Positions 12,777 to 25,339 of a DNA stretch of 64,000 nt are shown here, piece by piece. This DNA comes from Octopus bimaculoides (taxonomy: Eukaryota). The stretch lies in the NCBI RefSeq assembly GCF_001194135.2, contig NC_068989.1:88582554-88646553 (forward strand), read 5' to 3'. Numbering within the stretch: position 1 is the first letter of the stretch; every line of letters starts with the position of its first letter. The notes under the pieces are model-generated. The model had not been told where the DNA came from. It did no database searches and was given only the letters and a program-made list of their open reading frames with translations. The translations under genes were made by a program, and so were the position numbers.

Positions 12777-13004
12777 TTACGGTAATGGTGAGCTGGCAGA
12801 AACATGAGCATGCTGGGTGAAATGCTTAGTGGTATTTCGTCTGTCTTTACATTCTGTGTTCAAATTCCGCTCAGGTTGACTTTTCCTGTCATCCTTTTGG
12901 GGTCGGAAAATTAAGTGCCATTTGCGTACTGGGGTCGAACTATTCAACTGGCCTCCTCCCCCAAAATTTCGGGCCTTGTGCTTAGAGTAGAAAAAGATAA
13001 TAAT

Positions 13005-13500
13005 GTTGCCATGTATATGTTTTGTCTTGGTGTAAAAGATGGGCTACAGCAAATATTCTGCTCAATGACACAGATTTTCTTGTCAGTTGTCTGACCTTAA
13101 CTAGTTGAGCATGTCCCTTAGTGGTTGACGACATGTGCATCTCTGATCATGAGCAGGAGTAGTGGGGGGAGCATCATAGCCATGTGATGAGGACAATTCT
13201 TTGGGGTATGAATAGTTCACCTCTGGAAATATGATTGTTTTATCCAACACCCTTAAACAACCCTTATTCAGGGACCTTTTGAGTGGGATGAGACACTGAA
13301 CCTGAAGAAAATTTTAACTGGGTCCCACCTGCAAGGTCATGCACTGTTTATCTTGATTTGAGATCACTCTGTCATGCACATATGGTTATGATGCATGTGC
13401 CTGGTGTACCCTTATCAGATGAGTAATCATGATGGCTATACTGGGCTTCGTATATTTGTACTCCAATGTTACTTTGATACCATGCACTGTTCTCTTACTC
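13005..13500 (+). mobile_element. Family C: ~500-bp headless element ending in (AAT)n. Copies at about 11930-12165, 13575-13690, 14646-15093, 15120-15662
   Basis: Five collinear copies with variable 5' starts and a common 3' end (..ctcactca/ctcactta plus (AAT)n). Probably a LINE 3' UTR (inference). Confidence 0.75.
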
Positions 13501-13532
<32 letters not shown>

Positions 13533-13689
13533 CCCAGATGCAATACAAAGCAGTGGCTCTCATGACTTTTGATCTTAACTGATGTTTTGTCTTGGTATAA
13601 AAGATAGGCTATACAGCAAATATTCTGCTCATAAGCGCAGATTTGCTTGTCAGTTGCTTGACTTTAACCAGTTGACCATGTCCCTTAAC

Positions 13690-13900
13690 TTATCTCTGAA
13701 AATGTTTGAAAAACTGAGCAAGTATAAGGACCTGGAGATCGAAATTAGAAAAATATGGCACCATAAAACAGTACCAAATATTATTGGGCGATTGGAATGA
13801 TATGAAATGGAACAAACATGTATGTAGAGCAAATCTCTGACAGCCCTAATTACAAAAGATCATCTATGAGTACCTCACATATTCTATGTAAATTCCTCTC
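13690..13900 (+). mobile_element. Diverged R4/Dong-type RLE fragment
   Basis: MFEKLSKYKDLEIEIRKIWHHKT..., degenerate after about 35 codons. Confidence 0.7.
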
Positions 13901-14180
13901 CATCTAAATATAACCTTACTCATTTCAGGTTTCTTTTTTTTTTCCTCTCACAGATATCAGAGGTGACCCACATTAGTTTGACCTCTAACCTTTGACTTGT
14001 CATTGAGATACACACACCACTATACCACAATAAGGACTGGATTTTGTGATGGATTCAATTTTTGATGTCTCCACATCAAATTTTCAATTGCTTCGTCAAA
14101 CTTTAATGCAGCCAAACATAAAACCTAAAAACTAAGAAAACAATTTTCCACATTCCAAGGGGAAATTATTCAAGCGTTAC

Positions 14181-14327
14181 CAATTGGGTCAATCCAGATT
14201 CGAACTTTGTCCAGTTCAATTTCATCAAGCACTTGATCCAGGAGAGGATTATTTGCACTTTCTGGCTGGGAACTGATAGCTTGTGCCAAAAGACGGGCTG
14301 CTTCGTGGTTTCCATGAAGGACTTGGC
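14181..14327 (-). CDS. INPP1: INPP1 coding exon 3 (147 nt)
   Basis: (G)QVLHGNHEAARLLAQAIS...KVRIWIDPI(D). Acceptor ctctcttttttag, donor TTG|GTAACG. Phases fit both neighbours. Confidence 0.95.
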
Positions 14328-14370
14328 CTAAAAAAGAGAGAGTAGCAGAAATAATAATAATAACAACAGC

Positions 14371-14412
<42 letters not shown>

Positions 14413-16356
14413 CCTTTCTACTAAAAGTACAAGGCCTGAAATTTTGGGGGAGGGGACTAATCGATTACATCAAACCAGTGCATAACTGGTACTTAATTTA
14501 TTGACCTTGAAAGGATGAAAGGCAAAGCTGACCTTGGCAGAATTTGAACTCAGAACATAGCGACAGACAAATTACCACTAAACATTTCACACGATGTGCT
14601 AGTGATTTTGCCAGCTTGCTGTTTTAATAATAATAATAATAATAAATATTCTGCTCAATACCAGAGATTTGCTTGTCAGTTGCTTGGCCTTAACCAGTTG
14701 GGCATGTCCCTCGGTGGTTGACAATATGTGTCTCTCTGATTACGAGCAGAAGTAATGGGGGGAGCATCATAGCCATGTGTTGAGAGCAATTCTTTGCAGT
14801 TTGAATAATTCACCTTTGGAATCACGAGAGCTTCATTCGACATCCTTAAACAACCCTTATTCAGGGACCTTTTGAGTGGGATGGGCTACTCGAGCTGAAG
14901 AAAATTCTAACTGTGCCCTATCTGCAAGGTCATGTGCTGTTTATCTTGATATGAGATCACCATGTCGCGCACACATGGTTGTGATGCATGTGCTTGGTGT
15001 ACCCTTATCAGACGGGTAGTCATGATGGGTATATTGGGCCTCATATATTTGTACCCCCGTGTCACTTTGATTTCAAGTGCTACTTTCTCACTTATAATAA
15101 TAATAATAATAATAATAATATTGATTGGAAGTGTTATCATGTACATTGTTTTGTCTTGGTATAAAAGATGGGCTACAACAAATATTCAGCTCAATACCAC
15201 AGATTTGCTTGTCAGTTGTTTGACCGTAACCAGTTGAGCATGTCCCTTGGTGGCTGACGATATGTGCATCTCTGATCACGAGCAGAAGTAGTGGGGGGGA
15301 GCATCATAGCCATGTGTTGAGAGGAATTCTTTGGGGTTTGGATAATTCACCTTTGGAAACATGGGTGTTTTGCTCAACATCCTTAAACAAACCTTATTCA
15401 GGGACCTTTTGAGTGGAATGGGCTACTCGACCTGAAGAAAATTCTAACTGGGCTACACCTGCAAGGTCATGCACTGTTTATTTTGATATGAGGTCACCAT
15501 GTCACTGTTTATTTTGATATGAGGTCACCATGTCACGCACATATGGTTGTGATGCATGTGCCTGGTGTACCCCTATCAGACGGGTAGTCATGATGGGTGT
15601 ATTGGGCTTCATATATTTGTACCCCAGTGTCACTTTGATTGCAAGTGCTACTTTCTCACTTATAATAATCCATTCTACCACAGGTACAAGGCCTGACATT
15701 TGGGGGAAGGGGACTTGTTGATTACATCAACCCCAGTGCTCAGTTGGTACTTATGTTATTGACCCTGAAAAGAGGAAAGACAAAGCTGATTATTTCTACA
15801 TTAAGGTGGCTAGTAATGTCTTTATCAACAAAGCCATAGGTGCCAATTATGAAGGCATGGCTCAGTGGCTAAGAAATTTACTTAGCAATCATGAGTTCAT
15901 GGGTTTAATCTCAAAGTTTATGAGTAACTTTATGATGAGGGAAACTGAGGGGAAGCCTGATGGATGGACAGTACCTCTATTTTGTTGAGTATTTCATTAA
16001 GGGTCCAAGTATCTTGAAAGGTATGTTACATATATTGGTTATAATAAATGATTTGACAGAAATCCATGGTAAGGGCTTCTTTCAGTTTATATATACCAAA
16101 TCCATTTACAAGGCTTTGTTCAACCTAGGGCTACAGTAGAAGACACTTGTTTAAGGTGCCATACAGTAGGACTGAACCTAAAACCATGTGGTTGGGAAGC
16201 AAACTTCTTAACCATAAAACCACACCTGTGTGAATAAGTCAATAAACAACCAGTGTGAAGACCTGCCTCTTGCCATCTCAAATCCCCGTCTTCAACCTGT
16301 TTCTATAAATTAACCCTCATCACAACACTGTGTGTCTGCTGCCATATTTCACTTAC

Positions 16357-16474
16357 CTAGCAATTCCACATTTTTCTCTTGGTCTGGCTCGATAGTCACA
16401 CAGATCGTTTCACCCAGGGCATTTGTAAATTTATTGCTTTCCTCACCATACAGGTTCTTACCAAGTCCAGGGAA
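16357..16474 (-). CDS. INPP1: INPP1 coding exon 2 (118 nt)
   Basis: Hand translation FPGLGKNLYGEESNKFTNALGETICVTIEPDQEKNVELL contains the family GEES motif. Acceptor ctctctag, donor TAG|GTAAGT. Phase 0 in, phase 1 out. Absent from the ORF track. Confidence 0.95.
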
Positions 16475-16824
16475 CTAGAGAGAAATATATATATTGAGAT
16501 ATTACATTGATCACAGCATGGTTCAAACAAACAATAAGTAGATTCAACAAGTAAAAGAACTGGTGCTGTGAGCCACGTAAAAAACATTGATGGTGCCACA
16601 TAAAAAACACTCATGCTGGCTCCATGTAAAAAGGCCCAATGCTGGTGCTACATAAAAAGCACCCAGTACACTCTCTAAAGTGGTTGGCATTAGGAAAGGC
16701 ATCCAACCATAGAAACCATGCCAAAATAGATAATTAGAGCCTGGTGTAGCTCTCCAGCCTTGCCAGCTCCTGTCAAACCATCCAACGATGCCGGCATGGA
16801 AAATGGATGCTAAATAATAATAAT

Positions 16825-17200
16825 AGCTTTCTAATAGATGTATCAATACCAGCAGATGACAACGTTTCCCTAAAAGAAATGGAGAAACTTTCAAAATACA
16901 AAGACCTGGAAATAGAGATAACTCGAATGTGGAATCTAAAAACAGAAACAATTCCTATCGTAGTAGGTGCCTTAGGTATAATAAAAAAATATTCAGACAA
17001 ATACATAACAAAAACACCAGGACTTATAAATATATATAACATGCAGAAAAGTGCACTACTGGGCACTGCACACATCCTATGCAAAACACTTTCAATACAG
17101 TAACCATAAGAGCACCACAGCAAACCACTGCACATACCCAAGGCACACAGAGCTGCGCTCGGTAGTGAAGTGAAAGCACGTTATAAAAATAAAACTACTG
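16825..17200 (+). mobile_element. 5'-truncated R4/Dong-type LINE, same family as 1-331
   Basis: FLIDVSIPADDNVSLKEMEKLSKYKDL... with (AAT)n on both flanks. About 11 mismatches to 1-331 over 331 nt, counted by hand. Confidence 0.88.
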
Positions 17201-18215
17201 AACAACAATAATAATAATGAGGAGGAGTGTTGAGTCAAATTTTTTACCTTTGGGAAGAGGTGGTCCATATTAGTCTAGTATGGGAGGCCCTAGCAGGGGT
17301 TTATACTCTAGCCTATCTTTCAGGGTCATTGAGGCATGTAAGCCACCACAGCACATCAAGAACTGAACTTTGTGGTGGTTTCATCCTTTTGGAATCAATA
17401 AAAAAGGATCAATCCAGGGAAGTGGATTTGTAGAACTGTAAGAATGCTTGTGATATATAATCTAGCTCTTTAGATTCTGAGTTCAAATCCTATCGTGACC
17501 TATTTGGGTGCCCTTGATGGACTTCACACTATGGCAAGCTTTTGGGCCAGCTCTCTATAACAATACCAGTAATTACATATAGATACAAACACACTCTACA
17601 ATACCTTACCATCATTTATCTTACAGGTGTTCAAACATTCGATTCTACAGAGTGGCAACTAGGGATAGAGTCATTTTCTATAACCTTGGGTCAACACAGG
17701 CCTCTGAGTGCAACCAAGTAGATGGAAACTATGCAGAAGCCCAGAGAATGGATTGTCCATGTAATTAAATGGTCCAGCCTTGTTAAACTGTCTCATGCTC
17801 ATTCCACTTCAGGATTACATTAAAATCACATATATGTGTGTATGTGGAATATTCAGCTACTTAACACACTCCTTCAGTGAACTTGATCAAACAAGTGATA
17901 ACTATTGAGGATAAATTGTTAGCGCTGCCTTGACTGGCTTCCATGCCAGTGGCATGTAAAAAGCACCAACTGATCGTGGCCATTGCCAGCCTCCTCTGGC
18001 CCCTGTGCCGGTGGCATGTAAAAAGCACCACTACACTTACGGAGTGGTTGGCGTTAGGAAGGGCATCCAGCTGTAGAAACACTGCCAGATCAGACTGGAG
18101 CCTGGTGCAGCCTCCTGGCTTCCCAGACCCCAGTTGAACCATCCAACCCATGCCAGTATGGAAAGTGGACGTTAAATGATGATGATGATGATGAGGATAA
18201 TGATGATGATCCTAC

Positions 18216-18425
18216 CTTTTGATCCAGATCATAGCGAACAGTCTCCTGAATCAAGACATCTGCCAGTGTTTTGAAGTCTTGAACAAATCTTACATTTTTC
18301 TGGTTACCAGTTTTTTCTTCGACCAATAAATGTAGCAGGGCATCTTCGGAACGGATAATCATGGCAATGTTTGATCCTTTCTTGGCTGCACGTATCATTG
18401 CAAGCGTTAACTCTGATATCTTCAT
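18216..18425 (-). CDS. INPP1: Inositol polyphosphate 1-phosphatase, coding exon 1 (70 codons)
   Basis: MKISEL...LLVEEK...DFKTLADVLIQE...DQK matches the INPP1 N-terminus (LLIEEK...DFKTLADVLVQE). Donor AAG|GTAGG, phase 0. A polypyrimidine tract and AG at 18429-18428 lie 2 nt before the ATG, implying an upstream non-coding exon. Confidence 0.95.
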
Positions 18426-19654
18426 TTCTTTAATAAAAAGAAAAGGAGTAAAAAAAGAAAAACAGAGAAGAAAAATTAGTCCTAAAAAGATTATGTTTGC
18501 AAAAAAGAAAGAAAAAAAAGAGGACAGGATGATGGCAGAACAACATTGATGAAAGATGTATTGAACTTAAGTCAAACCACCATTACCACGCACCATCAAG
18601 GTCTGTGAACCGTGCCATTCTGCTTTGGGACATAATGTCAACATTAAAAAAAAAGAAAGAATAATAAAAGAGTAAAAAGAAAACAAGCAAAGAGCATTGT
18701 GATCAATCATAATTTCAGAATCTTAAAAAACCAGACAATAACTTCTCGGAGTCATAAGGGAGCCTCTATGTGGTTGCTTAACTTAAGAGAAATAGCAGCC
18801 AAATCTCTCTCAAAGCAGACATATCCTACAACCTTAAAGAAAAGGTGAGATACATTGGATAAAGGTGTCCTAGGTACATTATTAATGACATGAAAGAAAT
18901 GACCACAACTGGAACATCTTTGATCATAGGTCTATTCTATTCATACTGACCAGCAGCTAAACAAATTCTTTGAATGAAGACTAGTTTTTGGAAGTTGTTC
19001 AAACCAGGAGGAACCATTATTAAAAATATTTTCTTTGTGTTTTATTTCTTGTTTATTAGAGCATACAATCCATTATTTAAAATATCTTCTGTTGAAGAAT
19101 GGCATTTTTTTAAACATAGAATTGCCAAAATTTACTTAGAACAGCATAAGTAGTAGAGTGACAGACAAAAATATCTTGTGGTATTTAGCTGCATATCTTT
19201 ATCAGGGGTAGATTAATATCCATAGATATACTAAGCACTTAAACGCATTTGGTACCCCCATATATACGTAATGCAAAATATAAACAATAATAAGTGGTAT
19301 TTAAAAAGCACCATTCGAGTGTGGGTCATAGCCAATGCCGCCTAACTGGCTCCTGTGCCAATGGTACATAAAAAGCACCATTCAAGTATGGTCGATGCCA
19401 GTACCGCCTGACTGGCCCTTGTGCTGGTGGCATGTAAAAAGTACCCACTATACTCTCGGAGTGGTTGGCATTAGGAAAGGCATCCAGCTGTAGAAACCTT
19501 GCCAGATCAGATTGAAGCCTGGTGCAACCTCCTGGTTTGCCAGTCCTCAGTCAAACTGTCCAACCCATGCCAGCATGGAAAGTGGATGTTACATGACGAT
19601 GACGACGAATAAACAATAAAATAAATTTTTATTTTTCAAAATGAAACAAAACAG

Positions 19655-20030
19655 GAGTGGTTGTGTGGCAAGAAGCTTGCTTCCCAACCACAGTTCCAAG
19701 TTCAGTCCCACTGTGTGGCACCTTGGGCAAGTGTCTTCTACTATAGTCTCAGGCCGACCAAAGCCTTCTGAGTGGATTTGGTAGATGGAAACTGAAAGAA
19801 GCCCGTCATATATATATATGTGTGTGTGTGTGCATGTATATTTGTGTGTGTGTGTGTGTGTTTGTTCCCCACCATCACTTGACAACCGGTGTTGGTGTGT
19901 TTATGTCCCCATAACTTAGCAGTTCAGCAAAAGAGACCAATAGAATAAGTACTGGGGGTGATTTGCTCGATTAAAGGCGGTGCCCCAGCATGGCCACAGT
20001 CAAATGACTGAAACAGGTAAAAGAATAAAC
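19655..20030 (+). mobile_element. SINE family A copy
   Basis: Collinear with family A. Confidence 0.85.
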
Positions 20031-20869
20031 CTGACAGTAAGATGGAAAATAATGTTTCTTTTTGTATATTTCCACTTTATTATTTATATTTGAAAAGTCT
20101 TCTCCGACTTCTTTTAATTGCTAAGTCTTTGATCAGATCCATGAACTTTGAAATTATATTTCCAATTATATAAACCACTTTGAATATTATTTTACCAAGT
20201 TTAAAGTGATTTCTTTTGTACCATAAACTATTTACCATTTTTGTGGTGCCCCTCCACTTCCCCTGATGTCCTAAGCATGTGCCCATTTTGCTTAATGGTT
20301 AATCCAGTGTTGATCTTTATGTTCTGACTTTCAATACCCTTGGGTGTTACTTTGCTTTCGCACTTCCAATTTTGATACAGTAAGTACCAGGCAAGTACTA
20401 GGTTTGACCTCATCATCATCATCATTCAACATCCACTTTTCCATGCTGGCATGGGTTAGAAGGAATTTGTTGGGGCAGATTTTTTGTAGCGGGATGCCCT
20501 TCCTGTCACCAACCCTCACCTATTTCTAGGTAAGGTGACATTTCCTCATAGCCAGACTTGTTTTTCACAAAAACTGGAAACAGACAGAATCACATGTATG
20601 AAGTGATAGTTATTTACAACCATACACACACACACACATCTGTGGTTTGGGCCTAGATACACAGTGACTGAATAAAATATGGGCGGGGATGCTCATGTCT
20701 GAAATGTCATTAACTAGGACTGCTGGACTACAATGTGCATTGTAACTGTGTCACATTGCACACAGTACTGCATTTAAGTTTTATTTTCCCTGGGAAAATC
20801 ACAACACCCCTAAAACCCCAGTATTTCCCCCAGTTCCCTCTTGATATCCCCCTACCCAGCAACCATCAT

Positions 20870-21410
20870 CATCATCATTGTCGTCGTTTAATGTCCACTT
20901 TCCATGGGTTGGACGGTTTGACTGAGGACTGACAAGCCAGAAGGCTGTACCAGGTTCCAATCTGATCTGGCAAAGTTTCTACAGGTGGATGCCCTTCCTA
21001 ACACCAACTACTCTGAGAGTGTAGTGGGTGCTTTTTACATGCCAGTCAGGCAGTACTGGCATCGGCCACGACAATGACTTCACTTGACTCAACAGGTCTT
21101 CACAAGCACAGTTTATTGTCCAATGATTGAAGGGTACTCTTAAATGGGCCGGTTATGCTGCACTGACATAGGCCACAGTTATGGTCTCACTTGGCTTGCC
21201 GGGTCTTCTCAAGCACAGCATATCTCCAAATGTCTTGGTCACTTGTCATTGGCCTCCGTGAAGCCCAACGTTTGAAGGTTGTGCTTCACCACCTCATCCC
21301 AGGTTTCCCTGGGTCTACCTCTCCCACAGGTTCCCTCTACTGCTAGGGTATGACACTTTTTCACACAGCTGTTCTCATCCATATGCAACACATGACCATA
21401 CCAGCACAAT
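20870..21410 (-). mobile_element. RTE-clade LINE 3' end: ORF C-terminus, 3' UTR and (GAT)n tail
   Basis: Minus-strand translation WYGHVLHMDENSCVKKCHTLAVEGTCGRGRPRETWDEVVKHNL..., contiguous with the abundant tail repeat. Confidence 0.88.
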
Positions 21411-24107
21411 AAGGGGCTACAGCTCTTACACCTTTGTTTACCTGAAACCTTGGAATAGAGAGAAAGAAAAAAGGGTAGGGTACAGATTGAGATAACAAAC
21501 TACTGCACACAAATTAAATTCTGTCACATCTTTTCTCTTTTATTCATTTCAGTCACTGGGCTGTGGCCATGCTGGGACATCACCTTCAAAGGTTTAGTTG
21601 AACAATTTGACCTCACTATTTACTCTTTTAAGTTTGGTACTTATTCTATCAGTCTCTATTCTGAAACCACTAAGTTACAAGGATATAAACAAACCAACAT
21701 ACACACACATATCATCATCATCGTTTAACGTCTGCTTTAGATGCTAGCATGGGTTGGATGATTTGACTGAGGACTGGTGAAACTAGATGGCTACACCAGG
21801 CTCCAATCTGATCTGGCAGAGTTTCTACAGCTGGATGTCCTTCCTAACGCCAACCACTCCGAGAGTGTAGTGGGTGCTTTTACGTGCCACCGGCACGAAG
21901 GCCAGTCAGGAGGTATATATATTTATATGTACATATGTGTGTGTGCGTGTATGTGTACAACAGGATTCTAGAGTTTCCATCAATCAAATTCCCTTGCAAG
22001 GCATTGGTTGGTCCAGGTCATCAGTAGAAGGTATTTGGCCAAGGTGTTGTGCAGTGGGGTTTTTTTAAAAAAGGTGTTTGCAAAATGCGTTTCAGTGAAA
22101 AGACGTACTGAGCGAGAAAAGGTCGAGACCCATCAACTTAGAGATGCTTTTGGTGTCTGCTGGATTACTTCTGGCTCCCTGACATATTTTAGCATTAGAG
22201 GGTCGGAGTGGCAAAGGTGGGAGAAAAACAATCCAGTTCTGAGGAATATTTTCTAGGGAATAAATATAACCCCTTGTCTACTTATGAATTAACTGTTTTA
22301 TCTGGTGATTGTACCACGTAAAAAGCACCCAGTACACTCTGAAAAAAGATTGGCATTAGGAAGGGCTTGCAGTTGTAGAAACCATGCCAAAATGGACAAT
22401 GGAAGCCAGTGTTGTTCCTGGCCTTGCCAACTCCTGTCAAACCATCCAACCCATGCCAGCATGGAAAATGGTTGTATGATGATGATGATGATGATGATTT
22501 TAATGGAAAGTGATATCTTTGTTCTTTTTAATCCCTTCCTTCCCCATGGAGCATAGACCATCGACATTGTTCTACTGTTCTCAACTCAGGGCCATCTTTA
22601 TGAATAGCATAAAAATTTCACAGAAATAAATTTCGATGTTTGTCAAGCAACCCATGGTGCTCATGTTGAGTGCATACGACCTTAAAATAAACTTTAAACC
22701 TTCCCCTATCAAGAAATATGGAGAATGTGTTTGTGTCTCTTACTGTTTGTTTTAAAAATAAATTTAAAATCTGCTCTTTCTTTTTGAATAACCCTGTATA
22801 TCCTTTACGGGTAGCGTTTTTGAATATTTTATTATGCTGGCTACAGCCTGAAGATACCAATTATCAATACCAGTTTTTTGGGTTACACTGAGCTGTGCCG
22901 ATATAATGTAGGATAAATATAGTAATAATAATAATAATAATAATCCATGAATGGAATCTATAAATATTTTAATGCATCACTACACGTTTCCACAAATTCA
23001 GTGTTTCTTACGATGATAGTCTGTATTTCCCGGGATGATTACTGTACAGTCCTTAGTATCCATGGACACCAGATGGATGTCTTGTCTTGGCATCATGTGA
23101 TGGCTGTAAATGAACATCACCATCTAGTTTTGGGAAATATAATGTTTCTTAGAAGCAGGTGAAGAGTACCAGGCTGCAGAAAATAGGACAATAGGAAGAA
23201 TACCAGGCTGCAGAAAATTGCTCAATAAATTCCATTTGACCCATGCAAGTATGGAAAAGTGAGCGTTAAATGATGATGATGAATAAATTCTTTCTCTAAA
23301 ACAATTTTTGTTTCATTTAATGTCTTAAATAGCAGAATTGTTTGTTAAAATATATGTATGGGTTCGGGATTTTTGAAAAAAATCATACAAAGGTTTTGTA
23401 ACTATTTTGGAAGCCACCAACCTAAAAGACCATGATGGTAGAGTAGAGTGTTTCTAAGGCGGAAAGCTGACAGAAACGTTAGCACGGTGGGTGAAATGCT
23501 TAGCGGTATTTCGTCTGTCTTTATGTTCTGATTTCAAATTCCGCCGAGGTTGACTTTGTCTTTCATCCTTTCAGGGTTGATAAATTAAGTACCAGTTGCG
23601 TACTGGGATCGATCTAATTGACTGGTTCCCTCCCCCAAAATTTCAGGCCTTGTGCCTAGAGTAGAAAAGAAAACAAAAAAGAGTAGAGTGTTTCTGTTAT
23701 TGACACACATGCAGTCTTAACCAAGGCGTTTTTTTTTAATTCTGACCTAGTGCATCTCAAACTACATCATCTAATGTTGCCTTTTTAAAGATATCATCAT
23801 CATCATCATTGTTTAACGTCCGCCTTCCATGCTAGCATGGGTTGGACGATTTGACTGAGGACTGGCGAACCAGATGGCTACACCAGGCTCCAATCCGATC
23901 TGGCAATGTTTCTACAGCTGGATGCCCTTCCTAACGCCAACCACTCCGAGTGTAGTGGGTGCTTTAGGATGTAATTTGAGGAAGATTTAACTGCTATATC
24001 TAGTAGGTTGGGTGACCACATAAAGACCTCATGTACTAAACTGAGGAACAACTATTTTCTAACCAGTGCTGATCAAAAGTATTTCAGCACGATAAAACCA
24101 TCTTTAA

Positions 24108-24328
24108 CACTTTGGCATTCACATTACTCTGCCAAATGTAACACTTATTGATTCACATTGTTTTGAATTAATCAAGTATTATTTTGTAGCTTTGAGATTT
24201 TGATGATGTGATTGTGTATTTTTAGCATGATGTTGTAGGATAGGTGTAAGAAGCCAAATCTGGTTTGTTTGAACAAAAACCAGGAAGAATATTTAGGCCA
24301 GATATGGTTGGTTTAACTGCCAAAAGGA
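24108..24328. mobile_element. piggyBac-type MITE
   Basis: TTAA at 24104-24107 and 24329-24332. Degenerate TIRs cactttggca / tgccaaaagga. Confidence 0.6.
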
Positions 24329-25339
24329 TTAATTCAGACATGGGGTAGCTAGGACTACATTACTGAATATATCATTCCTTTTTAAAGGAATACTAGATGG
24401 TGTGTATAGCTGTTTGTAAGTGTTGTAATAAACAGTAATGGTTCTAAGGCTGTACCTTGCAGCAGTCCCCTATAGATTTCTTCCTTACTTTGTTATGAGT
24501 TTATGCTTGGTTTAAACAGCCAGGGCTTGGTACCTTTAATCTTTAATCAATGTTGTATTATCTTTATCTTGGATTGATGTGCAGTTCACAGAGCAACCAT
24601 GTTACCATGAACAGGTGACACTTGTGGATAATTAAATAAGATAAACCAAGTGCGAATTCTTGTAGACTTAAACTGTCAGTTTGGTTCACACCATCATTCT
24701 TCCCTGGTTACCTTTAGCAGAGTTTACTCTCTTTTAAAGAATTCAGGCAACATTTCCTGTTCCTTGATAACTTATATTCAACATCAACTCCAATTTCTTT
24801 CACTTCTCAGCTGTTTACTCTCACTAATTGTCAATACCCAAGACCATGTTGTTGGGAAGCAAGTTTTTTAACCCCACACAGCCATGACTGCATTGTTTTT
24901 AAATATTCAAACCTTAGTTATTTTAAAGGACATTTGAGTATAGCAAATGCATCAACCCCAGTGCTTATTATTTTTTAAGTGTGATACTTATTCTATCAGT
25001 CTCTTTTGCTGAACTGTTAAGTTACGGGGACATAAACAAACCAACACCAATTGTCAAGCAGACACACACACACACACATACACATATATACATCATCATC
25101 GTTTAACGTCCGCTTTCCATGCTAGCATGGGTTGGACGGTTTGACTGAGGACTGGTGAAACCGGATGGCTAGGCATCTTTCAGTTTCCATCAACCAAATC
25201 TACTCACAAGGCTTTGGTGTTTGGTTGTCCTGAAGCTATAGTAGAAGACACTTGCCCAAAGTGCCATGCAGTGGGACTGAACCCAGAACTATGTGGTTGG
25301 GAAGCAAACTTCTTGCTACACAGCCATGCCTGCACCTAT

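Noticed and set aside
16555-16670. Short repeats with variable spacers resembling a CRISPR array
   Set aside because: Eukaryotic context, degenerate units and related spacers. These are internal modules of the RTE 3' UTR.
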